Shown piece by piece: positions 1 through 12,154 of a stretch of 64,000 nucleotides of DNA. The DNA is from Lama guanicoe (Eukaryota). Both the position numbers and the translations under genes were made by a program. How positions within the stretch are numbered: position 1 is the stretch's first letter; the number at the start of each line of letters is the position of its first letter. The notes under the pieces were generated by a model that was given only the letters and a program-made list of their open reading frames with translations, was not told the DNA's origin and ran no database searches. The DNA lies in NCBI GenBank assembly GCA_013239625.1, contig MU054187.1, positions 16,632,941-16,696,940 on the forward strand, read 5' to 3'.

Positions 1-1828
1 ATATTGGCTTTCTTATTGATAAAAAGCAGAGCTGGAAGCTATGGCCTAGGTAAGCATTTTCCTAAATCTTCACTCCGTATTTGTACTTAGCCACATGGTC
101 ACAGTGAGCTGGGTTACCACGAGACACCCCTGTACAAGCCTCCTGACACAGAAGAGCTTGGCATCCAGAGAGAAGAGGTCAGAATACAGATTTGTCATAG
201 GCAAGTAGCTTGAAAAAGAGAACCTGGAATCACTTCCTGCCTTTCTTCCAAGCTGCTGGTGAGAAAACCCCATAAGAAGGCGTAAGTCTGTGGGGGCCTG
301 GGGAAGACCACAGGTGTGAGTCTACATGAGAAGTTCCCTCATGGGGACACGAGGCCAGGCTAACACTTCAGGCTTGGCTTTTAAAGAATTGCCTTAATAT
401 TAAAAGGCTAAGAGGCTGGATAGGGACTCGTTCACCAAATCCCAAGGACTTTAATATTCCGCCTCAGTAATTAAATGTAAGTGGTGTAGCTAAAGGCAGG
501 CTAACCATTTATTCAACATTTCTAGTGTGGACAACAAATCACATTGACCACCCAGAGATAACGCTGACTTTTTTCTTGCCCACCTGTTAAGACTTGTCTT
601 GCTTTATAAACTAGAGAGTTTTTAAATTCAAGTTAGAAAGTAGATCCATGGGATTTTAAAAATAGCTTTTCCAGAATATTTTAGTATGAATTCTATTCAC
701 ATGTAATGTATTTAAAAAATTTTTAAAGTGCTTTGAAAACCATAAGATATTGTGTAGAAGTATGAGATCATTTTCAGCTAAGTTTAGAGTTTTATACAGT
801 GGCTTTTTTCCCTAATAAACCATATCTATTATATGGGTACATGCAAATTAATAAAAAGCAACTTTAGTGTCTGATTTACTTCTGAAGTTTTCACTGTCCT
901 GGTCAGAGATTGAACTGATTAGATTGATGGGATATACTTTCTTTTTTTCTTTCTTTCTTTTTTTTTAGAACACTAGTGGGAACCTCTGCTTTTATGAGAC
1001 AGTAAAGAAGTATCAATAATCCCAATTACTTCGTGAATTACTATTTTTGTTTTTTTAATTTTCCTTTTAGACTCTCCCTCTATTATGTTGTTTCTCAAGA
1101 AAATAAATTGGTCTTATGTACTTTTAGTCTAAGAGTCCTTATTTCTCAGCTGCAGCCACTATAAAATCTTATTTAAGAGTTGTACAGAGGCAGATTCCAA
1201 AATATCTTCCACTTACATGTGACTGATGGGATCACACATGACTGGTGTCTCCCTTGTTCTATAGAGAACCTTCTCTTCTTTCAGGTTGTCATGTGTATTA
1301 CTTGGGCTCCTCAGGGACCTAAGATGCTAGTTGTGATGAATGTTCAGTTAAAGCCCTTCCCACGACATCTCTTTCATCTTCTTCATGGGACAGTGTTTGA
1401 AAAGGTACATGAACATCCCTACCACGTGGGGACGTTCCCAACCATTGCATCATCTGGCATTGAGTATCACAATGTATCCAAACATCATGCTTAATTTTAT
1501 TTGTGCCATAAAATTATTCTTTAATGAATAAAAATAACTTTAGCTTGAAGATTTCCTTTAAGTGAAATACTGGGTAAATGGAATGGATCTAAAAATATTT
1601 TAGTCACCTTTATGTGCTTTGACCAGATTACTTTTTCCTGGGACCTTCATTCTAAGACAAGTCACAAACAAGGAGATTGTGTTGAAAGAGACTGGGGTCC
1701 ACACACAGACATAGCTAAGTTCAAAATAAAATATCTAAAATAAATCTTTCCAGGTTCCCGGTTGTTATTGAAAGAATCTTGGAAGCATCTGTCAACCCAG
1801 TAATAATGGTGGGAAGGGAGTGGGCAGG

Positions 1829-1850
1829 GAGAGAGAGTGAGAGAGAGACA
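1829..1850. repeat. (GA)n imperfect microsatellite
   Basis: GAGAGAGAGTGAGAGAGAGACA is directly visible. Confidence 0.8.
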
Positions 1851-3244
1851 GAATAATAGAAAAAGTTTTCTACTAAGAGGTTAGCAAGTTACAGGTGCAA
1901 TTCACCCCAGTCGCCAGGTAGCCCTCTTCCTTCCATAAGAGAGTTTGCAAAATAGCTTTTGTGTAAATTTTACCTCTCGTGCTCTGACCAGTCCCCGCAT
2001 CACTCTTCCCTTTCTGTGATGTGGTTCAGTGATGCTGGCACACTGTTCCACCTGACCCACCTTTGGAATAAATTATCATCCTGGTCCTGTCAGCTGGCCC
2101 AGGACAAGATAGTGCCAGGACAGGGGTAATGGAGGAATAATGTAGACCCAGGTGTAAATAACTAAAGCTGTAATTCAAGCACAGCTAATCACTGACATCA
2201 TTTATCACAGCCACTAGAATCCTTCAATGAAATTGCAGCCTTATAGGTAGAATTTAGATGTACACCATTCATTGCAATACACAAAGAACGTTTCTATTAA
2301 ACCCGGGTACTAGATAAATTAACATCAAGGGGCAGATCTTGGTTCAAATAACTGAGCCTCTATTCTCTTCTCCTTCCACCAAACTGAACCCATTTATGGA
2401 TTACTTTCTAGATTCAATGGCTATAACCCTAGTTATATTTTGCCTTTCGAGGGCAGTTCAGAGAACAAAAAGTGAGGTTAAAGGGGTGAAAAGGTCAACT
2501 GTTGGACAACTATGAGTTAGTGAATAAAAAAACACAAGCTGACATCAGGTCCCAAGTAGATCTCAGAAGCTATCTTTTAGTTGTATCAGTTTAAATAAAC
2601 ATGTTATGTTTTAAATTTAAAAATGTAAATTTTCAGGAAAAATGTCAAGGGAAAACTTTGCTGTCTATTAACTGATATTTTAAGGTAAGTAAATTATACA
2701 AAAGCAATATAAATTATGCCAGAATTATAGCCACTTCAAAATGGCCTTGATATCCTGTCTTATAAGGAAAAAGAGAAAACAAACAAACAAAAAACAGAGC
2801 AATTTGAAGACAAATTCTTCTAAACAGAGTTGAGGGGTAAAGTACAGGCTTGTCAGTTTTTACCAAGGTTTGTGAATCTGAGATGCCCATCCACAGATTG
2901 TCTCAGGAGAAGCTGATCTTAGAAAAATGCAAAAGTCATCCACGCTCTTTTAATCTATATTCTTTTCTCTTCATTTATCCCTTTGCCTTTTGACTTCCAA
3001 TAAAAGAGAATCTTAGGCCTACCTCGTGCAGGGAAATAGAACATATGTTTATGGAGTGTTAACGGGACAAATTAAATTGCTCTGACATAGACTACTGACT
3101 CAGACTTTTTGGAGGACAATTTAACATCAAAAGCTTGAAAAGTATGTGTTTCCTTTGCTTCTCAGAAATTCTGCTTCTAGAGATCTATCCCAAAGCTGAG
3201 ATGCAGAAAATGTTAGTCCCTGCAAATTTTTTTAAAATTAAAAA

Positions 3245-3318
3245 AAAATTTTTATTGAAATTTAGTTGATTTTCAATGTTGTGTTAATGTCTGGTGTACA
3301 GTATAGTGATTCAGTTAT

Positions 3319-3354
<36 letters not shown>

Positions 3355-3461
3355 TCTTTTTCATTATGGGTTATTACAATACACTGAATACAGTTCCCTG
3401 TGCTGTACAGTGGGACCTTGTTTGTCTGTTTTATATACAGTAGCTTGTATCTGCTAATTCC
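3245..3461 (-). mobile_element. L1 3'UTR end (cetartiodactyl/laurasiatherian type) with internal (CA)n, inserted in an older L1 fragment (~3100-3660)
   Basis: TTTTTATTGAAATTTAGTTGATTTTCAATGTTGTG...GTTCCCTGTGCTGTACAGTGGGACCTTG is the reverse complement of the L1 3' end also seen at 34.9, 37.7 and 54.8 kb. Confidence 0.85.
3319..3354. repeat. (AC)n(AT)n microsatellite
   Basis: Directly visible. Confidence 0.95.
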
Positions 3462-3669
3462 TTATAAAAACAAAAATTGGGAACGTTGTAAATGTCTGAC
3501 AGTAAGAAATTGTTTCTTTAAGTTATGATAAATCAAATTCATCAATATAAAAATCTGTTGTCCTAATGATTGTGCCATAAATGTAGAAAAAGATGTAATG
3601 ACATGAGAAAATCTGTGTCATATTCTCAGCGATGAAAAGCAGATTAAAAATAGTTTGACAATATGAGCT

Positions 3670-4015
3670 TTCTTAGTGTGTTTGGGCTGTTAACAACAGA
3701 AAAGCGTAGACTAGGTGGCTAAAACAACAAACATTTATTTCTCACAGTTCTGGAGGCCAAGTCCAAGCTCAGGGCACTGGCAGATTCAGCGTCTGAGGAG
3801 GAACTGTTTACATGTTCACAGATAACTGTCTTCTCACTGTGCCCCCAAGTGTCAGAAGGATGAAAGAGCTCTCTGGGGTCTCTTGCACAAGGGCATGAAT
3901 TTCACTTATAAGATCTCCACCCTCATTACTAATCAGTTCCCCAGAGTCCACCTCCAAACACTGTCACATTGGGAATTAGAGTTCAACATCTAAATTCTGG
4001 GGGAGGGACACAAAC
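3670..4015 (-). mobile_element. MaLR LTR (MLT1A-like)
   Basis: ACATTTATTTCTCACAGTTCTGGAGGC...AAGTCCAAG...GGCAGATTCAGCGTCTG...GGGGACACAAAC match MLT1A motifs. Confidence 0.85.
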
Positions 4016-4132
4016 AGATTTCAATTTTGCAAAAGAAGCTACATACTTATATAAACTTTTATATTCATAGAAAGGACTTCAGAAAAAAATGTCTTTAACG
4101 TTAGAGATTATGAGTAACTCTATAATAACGAT

Positions 4133-4365
4133 ATTCATTTATTGAACAATGTTCTCTGTGCCAGGCACTCTTCTAAGTGCTTCATGTGCACTGTTTAATT
4201 TAATTACTCTCACAACAACCAGAAAGATAGGCATTACTGTCCCCCTTAGAAGGTGAAGAAACGGAAGCCCACAGAAGGTACGAGGTTTGATGAGACTAAC
4301 AATGGCAGACACGGGGTTGAACCCTGGCAGTCTCAGCAAAGCAGACATTTTAAATTACTGTAACA
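4133..4365 (-). mobile_element. MIR SINE
   Basis: CATTTATTGAAC...TGTGCCAGGCACT...CTAAGTGCTT...GAAGAAACGGAAGCCCACAGA...TTGAACCCTGGCAGTCT. Confidence 0.8.
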
Positions 4366-5059
4366 ACATCCCAATTTTTATTCATTCGTGTTTTGTATCT
4401 GTTCAAATTCTGAACAAAGTAAACCTGCATTATTTTATAACCAGGAAAAATATCTAACAAGTCTTATTTTAAAATCATGTTAGATGCTGTAAGGGAAAAG
4501 GAAAAAAAGCTCCTCAGTTGTGTAGAATAATATTTCTATTTCAAGAAATAGATGTTCTGAAACTAAATTGATGGATTAGAGTCTCCCTTAATTTTCTTTT
4601 GGGATATGATGAAAACCATGAAACTGATGAAATAACAAATGACAACATTTCTGCCTTACTACCTACCTTTTTATTTATTTTTTATATAGATGATCAACCT
4701 ACCCGAGAAACATGAGATTTCCGTAATAGGACTACGTCTGTGCTTGGCTTCCATCTTTCCCGTCCGTTTCTCCTTTACTAAAGAAGTCTAAACATCTCAA
4801 GCAGACGCATGGCAACTGGTTCTCCTTAAAAGTAAGGAGAGAAAAGAGTACAGAAAATGATACCACTGTGGAATTAAGCCTATCATCCTTCTTTCAAAAG
4901 GAATTGGTCACAATTTGCTTTGCTGGAGCAATCTGTCCCCTGTTACCGATTTATATTTCTCTGTGGGACTGTGTTAGAAAAACATTATTATTATTAGCAG
5001 TAGTCATACTTGGCAGCCATTCAGCACATTTCAGCAAAGGCTCAAAGAGCGTAGCCATC

Positions 5060-5220
5060 AATCAAACTCGCCCGGGTGTGCTCCTGGGAGGAGGCGGTAT
5101 TATTTCTGTTTGGAACAGAGGTTAAGTGACTTGCCCAAGGCCTTGAAGCTAGTGAGATTCAGAGTGGGGAATTAAACCCCGGAGACGTGACACCCAGCAT
5201 CGCACTCTCCTTCCTGGAGC
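5060..5220 (-). mobile_element. MIR fragment
   Basis: CAGAGGTTAAGTGACTTGCCCAAGG MIR core. Confidence 0.7.
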
Positions 5221-6959
5221 ACATTCTGTCTGCCTGTCTGAGAGATGGAGGGATAAATAAAGCATCTAATAGAAAAATGGCCTGCTCCCCAGCATGTGTC
5301 CTTCTGTTCAAGCTCTTCTGGCACGAAATTGCAAAAGCACAAGTACCTTCATTCAGAGCTTGAGCTGGTACCTTTCAGTGTTGGCACTTGTCTGCTTCGT
5401 TCCTTCACCAAATATTTAGTTAGCATTGCCACATGTTAGACAAGTTAGTTGTGAGCAACACAGCCATGGCCTGCAGGGAGTTTTCAGTCTAGCAGGAAAC
5501 AAAGACTAACAAACAGATCATTGTCAGAGCGAGTGATGTGGCTTCATGTTTATTACTGTGTTATGGTCCATGTTTGAAATTCTGATCCTTCCTCTTCAGC
5601 CGTGCGTTAGAAATTTTAATGAAGCAACATCTGTATCACAGCAACTTAAAGCCATACACGGTATACACACATGCGTAAAAAGCACATTTGGTCCTTTGAT
5701 TTTAAGTAAAGTATAAATAAAGGGTAATCACTCTATATCATGTCTTAGACTTTGGTAGAGAATAGTTGCTAAGACATATTAGAGTTAGCACATGACTCCG
5801 GAGGGGCAAGGTGATTTTTTGATATTTCCTTTTGCCCTCATAAAAAATAATTGTGCGATTGAAAAACCCCTTGTTGGCTTTGAGCTCCATACTCCCTCCC
5901 GGGAGGAGCACCGCTTGCGGCAGTCCTCGGGGCTGGTCCGTGTGTTTCTGCGTGGCAGGCACTGAGCTGCATGCAGTGGTTTGTACAAGAGGAGGCGAAG
6001 CAGACCCTGCCCTTCAGATCTTATCTTTATTAAGGGATAAGTTTATAGACTAGGTAGAAATTTTTTCCAAGGAATTCTGTGTTTCAAAATTTGTCACTTC
6101 AGTTTTAAATTCTCTTTAAAGAAATATAGTTCCCCTAAAGGCTACAAGCGAGAAGTTTCCATGTCACCACCTGGAGTAACTGTCTTATTCCTACTACCTA
6201 CAACAAACTGGAATGTTTCAATAGCATGGAGTTATACACAGAAGGACAGGCTCCCAAGGTAAAATTTCAGGGCTATGATGGTGTTTTATTTAATCGCTCC
6301 AAGCCCTTGTTTCTGCCACGGTAGTATGAATATGTTAAAAAAAGAAATCAACCCTGTTTAACTTATCTCTGAGGTTTGAAGGATCCAATGAGATTTTATA
6401 GGTAAAAACTCTCCAGTTAACTGTGGAGTATTACTGAAAAGGTAAGAAGTTATAATTTCCTTTGGAGAAATAAAATTGTTGGAATGCATATAGCTCCTTT
6501 GGGGAGGACATTTCTTACTTTATATGTATAATAATTAAAAATAATAATAAGAATAATAATAATAACACGCTTCTGACCCTGTCTAAATAGATGGAGGCAG
6601 AATTACCCTGTCAACTCAATGTTATTTCTTAAATAATTTTGCTTTAAAAGCCAGACTGTGAACAATTTGTGTCTAAATGCAAAATCTACACATTTGCTGA
6701 TTTATAGAAGGTGCAAAACTCAGTCAGTCACAGTAAAACATCTCCTCATAATAAAGATTCTCAGCAAATTGAAATAGAATATAACTTCCTTAATCCGAAA
6801 GAGCCTCGGCAAAAAATGTACAGCTAACGTACTTAATGTTTTCTCCCTAAAACTGGGACTGAGATAAGAATGTTCCTTCTCATCATTTAGGTTACATATT
6901 GCAGTAGAGTCTTGGCCACACAATAAAGCAAGAAAAAATGCATAAAAACTGAAAAGGAT

Positions 6960-8600
6960 AAATGTAGCTATCTGTATTTGCAGATGGCATAATTGTCTAC
7001 ATAGAAAATCATAAGGAATCTACACATACATAGACCCACAAACACAGACACACACATGCAGCTAATAGTATTAATCAGATACAAGGTCATTTTACAACAT
7101 CATTATCATTTCTATACATTAGCAACAATGAAATGAAATTTACAAAATAAAAAACTATTACTTATAAGAGAATCAAAACCAATGAACATTTAGAAATAAA
7201 TTTCAGATTTCTGCACTAAAAGCTGTAAAATATTGTTGAGCAAAATAAAGAGGTATCTAAATAAATAGAAAAATACATCACGATCTTAGAGTAGAAAACT
7301 CAATACCATTAAGATATCTATTCTCCCCAAGGAGATCAATAAATCCAACACAATCTCTAGTAAAATTGCGATGGTGCTTGTAGTAGGAATTAGGAAACTG
7401 TATCTAAAGTTACGTGGAAATGCAAATGATCTAGAATAGTCAAAACAATTTTGACAAAAAAAAAAGAACAATTTTGGGTGACTTGTATTTTTTGAATTCA
7501 AAGTTTACTTTAAAGCTACAGTAACTAGGACAGTAATAATATTTGCATAAAGATAAAGACATTCACAAAACAATGAAAGAAAAGAGTCTTGAAATAGTCA
7601 ATTTATATAGTCAATAAATTATGACAAAGGTGTTCACTTCAAAGGGGAAAGCACAGACTTAAAAAATAGCATTGGAACAATTGATTATCCATGTGGGAAA
7701 AAAATGAACTTTGATCTTTGTCTCATATCTTATGGCAGCATTAATTAGAAATGGATCCGACTTAAACATAAAAGCTAAAACTATAAAACTTCCAGAAAAA
7801 TACACAGCAGAAAATTGTTGCAACTTTGGGGTTGGCAAAGATTTTTTTTTTGCACTAATCACAAAAGAAAAGGGAAAAGCAAGATAAATTGGACTTCATT
7901 AAAATAAAAACATGTACTCTTTAAAAGACACCATTGAGAAAAAGAAAAGACAATATTCAGCCTGGAAGAAAGTACCTCCACCATATACCTAATAAAGGAC
8001 TTGTAAGAGGAATGTATAAAGAATCTTTACAACTCAATAAAAGGAAGAAAACTATCCAATAAAATGTACGCAAACTATTTGTACAGAAAAGTCACAATGG
8101 AAGGTACTCAAATGGACAATAAGCACAATAAAAGATTCTCAAGGGAAAAGTGAATTTAATTCACAATGAGATACCACTTTATACTCATAAGGATGATGAA
8201 AAATAAAAGACTGACAAGACCACATGCTGCGGAGGAGGTGGAGCAAGTGAAATACTCATCCTTTGCTGTTAGAAGAGTAGATTGTGAAAAGTGGGGCAGT
8301 GACTTTAAAAAGTGTTCTGGTGGCTTTTTATAGAATGAATTGTATGCTACCATAAGACATGGCAAGAGGGAAAAAAAGACATAGTCATAAAATCCTACAC
8401 CTAAAAGTTCATGGTAGATTTATTGATAATTGCCCCAAACTGGAAATAAACTAAATCCATCAACAGATGAATATATAAACTGTTTCTATTCACAGGACAA
8501 ATGGAATACTACTCAGCAACGAAAAGGAACAAATTCATGCAATAATATCAATGAATTTTTAAAGCATTGTACTGAGTGAAAGAAGTCAGACAAATAAGAT
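6960..8600 (+). mobile_element. Old L1 (L1M type), degenerate ORF2 3' part plus start of 3'UTR
   Basis: TTTGCAGATGGCATAATTGTCTACATAGAAAATC (FADDM RT-motif region), AAAGCTACAGTAA, AAATTGGACTTCATTAAAAT, CACAATGAGATACCACTT, ATGGAATACTACTCAGCA. Many stops and frameshifts. Confidence 0.92.
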
Positions 8601-8747
8601 TTTTAAAAGATTTTACTCCACTCTCCTTCATCACTCTGGAGTAAAATTAATCTTCTTCCATTTAGGATTTTCTTTTTCCCTGGCATAGTGAATCCTAAAC
8701 TCTAGGAAGCTTATTTCTATATTGAAAAATCACGGGAAAAGGGCAAC

Positions 8748-9325
8748 TGCTGGCACCCAGTTCTCAAACCTAAGTCCGTGTGCCCAACACAGAGTGAGGC
8801 CAAATGAATGGAAATGTCAGAATTTGGAGCAAAGAAAGGCTTATTGCAAGGGCCAAACAAGGAGAACGAGTGGCTCAATGGGCAGCTGATGCTCAAAGGA
8901 CCTGAACTCCACGATGGTTTTCAGGGAAGTTTTTAAAGGCAAAATTTGGACAAAGGGCTGCAGGCTGTGTGACTGTCTTCTGATTGGCCGGTGGTGAGGT
9001 AACAGGGCAGCGTTCCAGGAATCTTGTGCTCAGCCTGAAGCACAAGCATCCTTCACCTGAGGAGGGGCCTTAGTTCCTGTAGAAGAATTTAAAGATACAT
9101 TATTATGTATATCCCTGGAGGAGGAACCAGGATGCTTTATAGCTGCACTATTGTTCCTTTGTTTCTGCATCCCCACCCTTCCCCGATTAGTAACTGTTTT
9201 GAATTTGCCCTTTGGAACTCAGGGGAAGGTCTAGGAGGCTGGAGCCTTTTTCTCACAAACAAGAAAAGAGGGACAGGGAAAGGTTTTTGTACCTGGAGGG
9301 CTCCAGAGGGTCCTGCTTGGTTACA
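8748..9325 (-). mobile_element. Solo LTR, ERV1-like (cetartiodactyl)
   Basis: TG...CA termini (TGCTGGCACC ... GGTTACA), a 4-bp TSD-like pair CAAC/CAAT, reverse CCAAT (CTGATTGG) and reverse polyA-like signal (CTTATTG). Confidence 0.75.
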
Positions 9326-9599
9326 CAATGAAATGTCCTCATTCTTGCCATCTTTAGCAGCTCTCGTTCTCACAGGCCACTGCTGAGATGTCCTTTATTT
9401 CTGACCATGAGACTCCTTTAGCTGTTATTCCCAGCTGTAGCCCCTCACTCTGCCCCTGGTGTAAAAATACTCAGAGGAACGACCAATAGACGTTACCATC
9501 GCCAAGATATTCTTTCTCCACGTTGGAATTACTCTACTGCTCTTAATAATGCTAAGCCTCTGGTCAGTTATGCCGTCCATGTGCACAGCTCTCTCTGAC

Positions 9600-9805
9600 C
9601 ACAGCTGGAAAAGGTTATCCACTTCTAAAGACTTGAGTGATCCGATGGGACCCACGTGGGATCCAGGATGCTCTCCCCATTTCAAGGCCCTTAACTTTAA
9701 TCACATCTGGAAATTCCCTTCTGCCATGTAAGCTCACATACTCACAGATCCTGGGCTTTAGGGCTGTGGACGCCTTTGTGGGGGGGGTCTGTAGTCTACC
9801 TATAA
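9600..9805 (-). mobile_element. MaLR LTR fragment (MLT1C/E-like)
   Basis: TCCAGGATGCTCTCCCCATTTCAAGGCCCTTAACTTTAATCACATCTG...CTGCCATGTAAG..CACATACTCACAG. Confidence 0.75.
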
Positions 9806-10769
9806 ATGGGCCAGTTGTGACCTCTGATCTACGTATTCTATGTGTCATCTCTAGCCTGGGATTCCTTCTGCTCCCTAGAAAAAGGCAATGGGCCTCATCT
9901 GCTTTCTGTTTCCTGGACTCACCAGGATGCCGTCCCACCTGTCCAAGGCAAGGCTTGTGGTCCCCCAGACTTTCTCAGAAACCGGCAGGTGCTCAGGGGA
10001 AGGCCTTGGCTTTCTTGTTGACTTTCTTCTGTACAGGAAGAGGATCTGGTCTCAGAGAGCAACGGGATCCTCTTACTCTGGCCTCCTCCGACTGCGCTAA
10101 ATCCTTAGCAACCTCAGGGCTGGGCTTTCAAAATTTGTTTCCAAACCGGTTTGTTTTTGCCTTGAGGCTATGAGAGCTAAAGGGCAGGGGTGGTTTGGCC
10201 GCCCTAATGAAAGGAAGATCTTCAGGCCACAGGAAATCCCGCAGGGAGGGATTAGTTCAAATTCTATGACTTTGTGAAGAACTCGATTTGCCAGTTTCCT
10301 TGCAGTGAGAGGTTTGTGTATGTGTGCTCAAGCAGACCACACTAACCCGCTGAACATGAGATAAAGGATGACAATTAGCAAATAATGCTTTAAAGTTCCA
10401 TTGTTTTAATTGTGAAAGCTGTAGTTGACATCCAGTTTTCTGTTCTGCCTTGAATTAAACGCTTAATGATCATGAGTCAATATGTGAAATTTATCTTCCC
10501 ATAATTTACGCTATTGTGTTAAGCTTAACAGTCTTACATAGACTAATAACTTCATCACGTTAACTCCTTAGAATAGGATGATTTTAAATAAATGAATGAT
10601 ATCCTTTCCACATTTCCTTTTAAAATTTGAAGATCTATTTGGAGTCCTTTCCAATTTCTGGTTTGCTGAAAGTCAGCCTTAGCTACTACCACTACCTTTA
10701 GGATGGTCAGTGATTAGAAAAGAAGATTTATTATTTTATTTCAAATGCAGTTACTTATGAGTATGTGAC

Positions 10770-11575
10770 AAAGCATTCAATGTCATTAATAATTAAAGTC
10801 TGCAAATTAGAACAAAGGACTTTTTTTTTCACTTGATAGAGAGTCCTCAAAGGATAATAAAATCTCTATTGTCAAGTGTACAAAACAAATTAGGAAATGA
10901 TTTCTTTTGTATGTCATTATGACAATACATGTTATAAAAGTTTTCAAATGTGTGTATTGGTTAGAGTATCAAATAGCTCCCAAAACACACACAATAGCTC
11001 CAACACAATTGTGGAGGCTTATTTCTTGTTCATGGTGCAGTGTTGGATGGGTAAGCATGTGAGCAGCAGCCTCCTCTACACAGTCACTCCAGCATCCAGG
11101 CTGAGAGGCGTTCTGACAGTTTTAATAGGTGGCATCCAACCTTGTCCTGAGGATCGTTGTCATTCCAGACAGCTGAAATGGGAAAAAGGGTATGGAGAAA
11201 TGTGCTTAAGAGGTTTACAGGGGTCATTGTTGCACTGACAATCATTAGTTGGAATTCAGGTGCATGGTCACTTTAAAGTGCAGTGGAAACAGGGGAAGGT
11301 AGGCTGGCTACATGCAGGAGGAAGAGCAGACTGTGGATTTTGGTGAGTAGATCAAATTCTCTGCTACACTATGCATTATATTTGACCTAGCATTTCTATG
11401 TTTAACTGAAGAAAATGTAAAGTTTGTGCTCAAAGAAAGGAAATGTAAAGTTTGTGCTCAAAGATGGAGCTACAAAGAATGTTTATTACAGCAATGTTTA
11501 TAATGGTGAACAATTGGATACTATTTGAATGTTCAGCAATAATTTGTGTTACTGATTCAAAATACATGATGATGG

Positions 11576-11606
<31 letters not shown>

Positions 11607-11754
11607 ATATATACACATATATATATTATATATATATACATATGAGAAAAAGAATGAACTCTTGTGCAAGAACAACTACAGCGACAAATGATGGTATAGA
11701 TAAATATTTATTCACATGGAAAGATATGTGTGGTATATGACTAATTTTAAAGAG
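10770..11754 (+). mobile_element. Old L1 3' fragments interrupted by an MLT1-type LTR (~10950-11368)
   Basis: GAATGTTTATTACAGCAATGTTTATAATGG and TGCAAATTAGAACA are L1 motifs. The internal segment TGTATTGGTTAG...TCTCTGCTACA has MLT1-like ends. Confidence 0.6.
11575..11643. repeat. (GT)n(AT)n compound microsatellite
   Basis: Directly visible. Confidence 0.95.
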
Positions 11755-11759
11755 CTGAT

Positions 11760-12154
11760 TGTTGCAGATAAAGGGGTCAATGACCCCCGGTCCTTGGTGA
11801 AGGAATTCACCGGAGACTCTGGCATCGCAGCACACGGCAAGGTTTTATGAGTTAAAGAAACAGCACAGAGGGACAGGACCTCTGTGGACAGCGAAGGAGC
11901 TGCATCTGCAGGTGGACTGTAAGGAATCTTTTTTTGTACTTCCCCCCGCCCCCCCGCCTATGGAATTGTTCCAGCTCTCGGGTGCGCATGCTCACTCGTA
12001 TCTAGAAATCCCTTGTATCTGGAAAGGAAGAGAAGAGGGGTGTAAATCAGGACCCTAGAACATCTGGTTTATCGGTCTTCTTCAAGGTCTTTTCGAGTTC
12101 TTTGTTTTGAATTCCTCATTCCTCTGCCTGCCTTGCCCTGACTGGTCTGTATCA
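11760..12154 (-). mobile_element. Young solo LTR (395 bp) with perfect 5-bp TSD CTGAT
   Basis: CTGAT|TGTTGCAGA ... TCTGTATCA|CTGAT, with imperfect terminal inverted repeats and more retained CpGs than the flanks. Orientation is inferred from a polyA-like CATAAAA on the minus strand. Confidence 0.85.

Noticed and set aside
1180..1494. 104-aa ORF or possible processed pseudogene
   Set aside because: No recognisable homolog on either strand, a TTG start, and no polyA or TSD.
6960..8600. Active L1 ORF2
   Set aside because: Heavily degenerate, with no long plus-strand ORF in the track.
9637..10173. 178-aa ORF
   Set aside because: It begins inside an MLT1 LTR fragment, has a non-ATG start, and shows no domain similarity or splice support.
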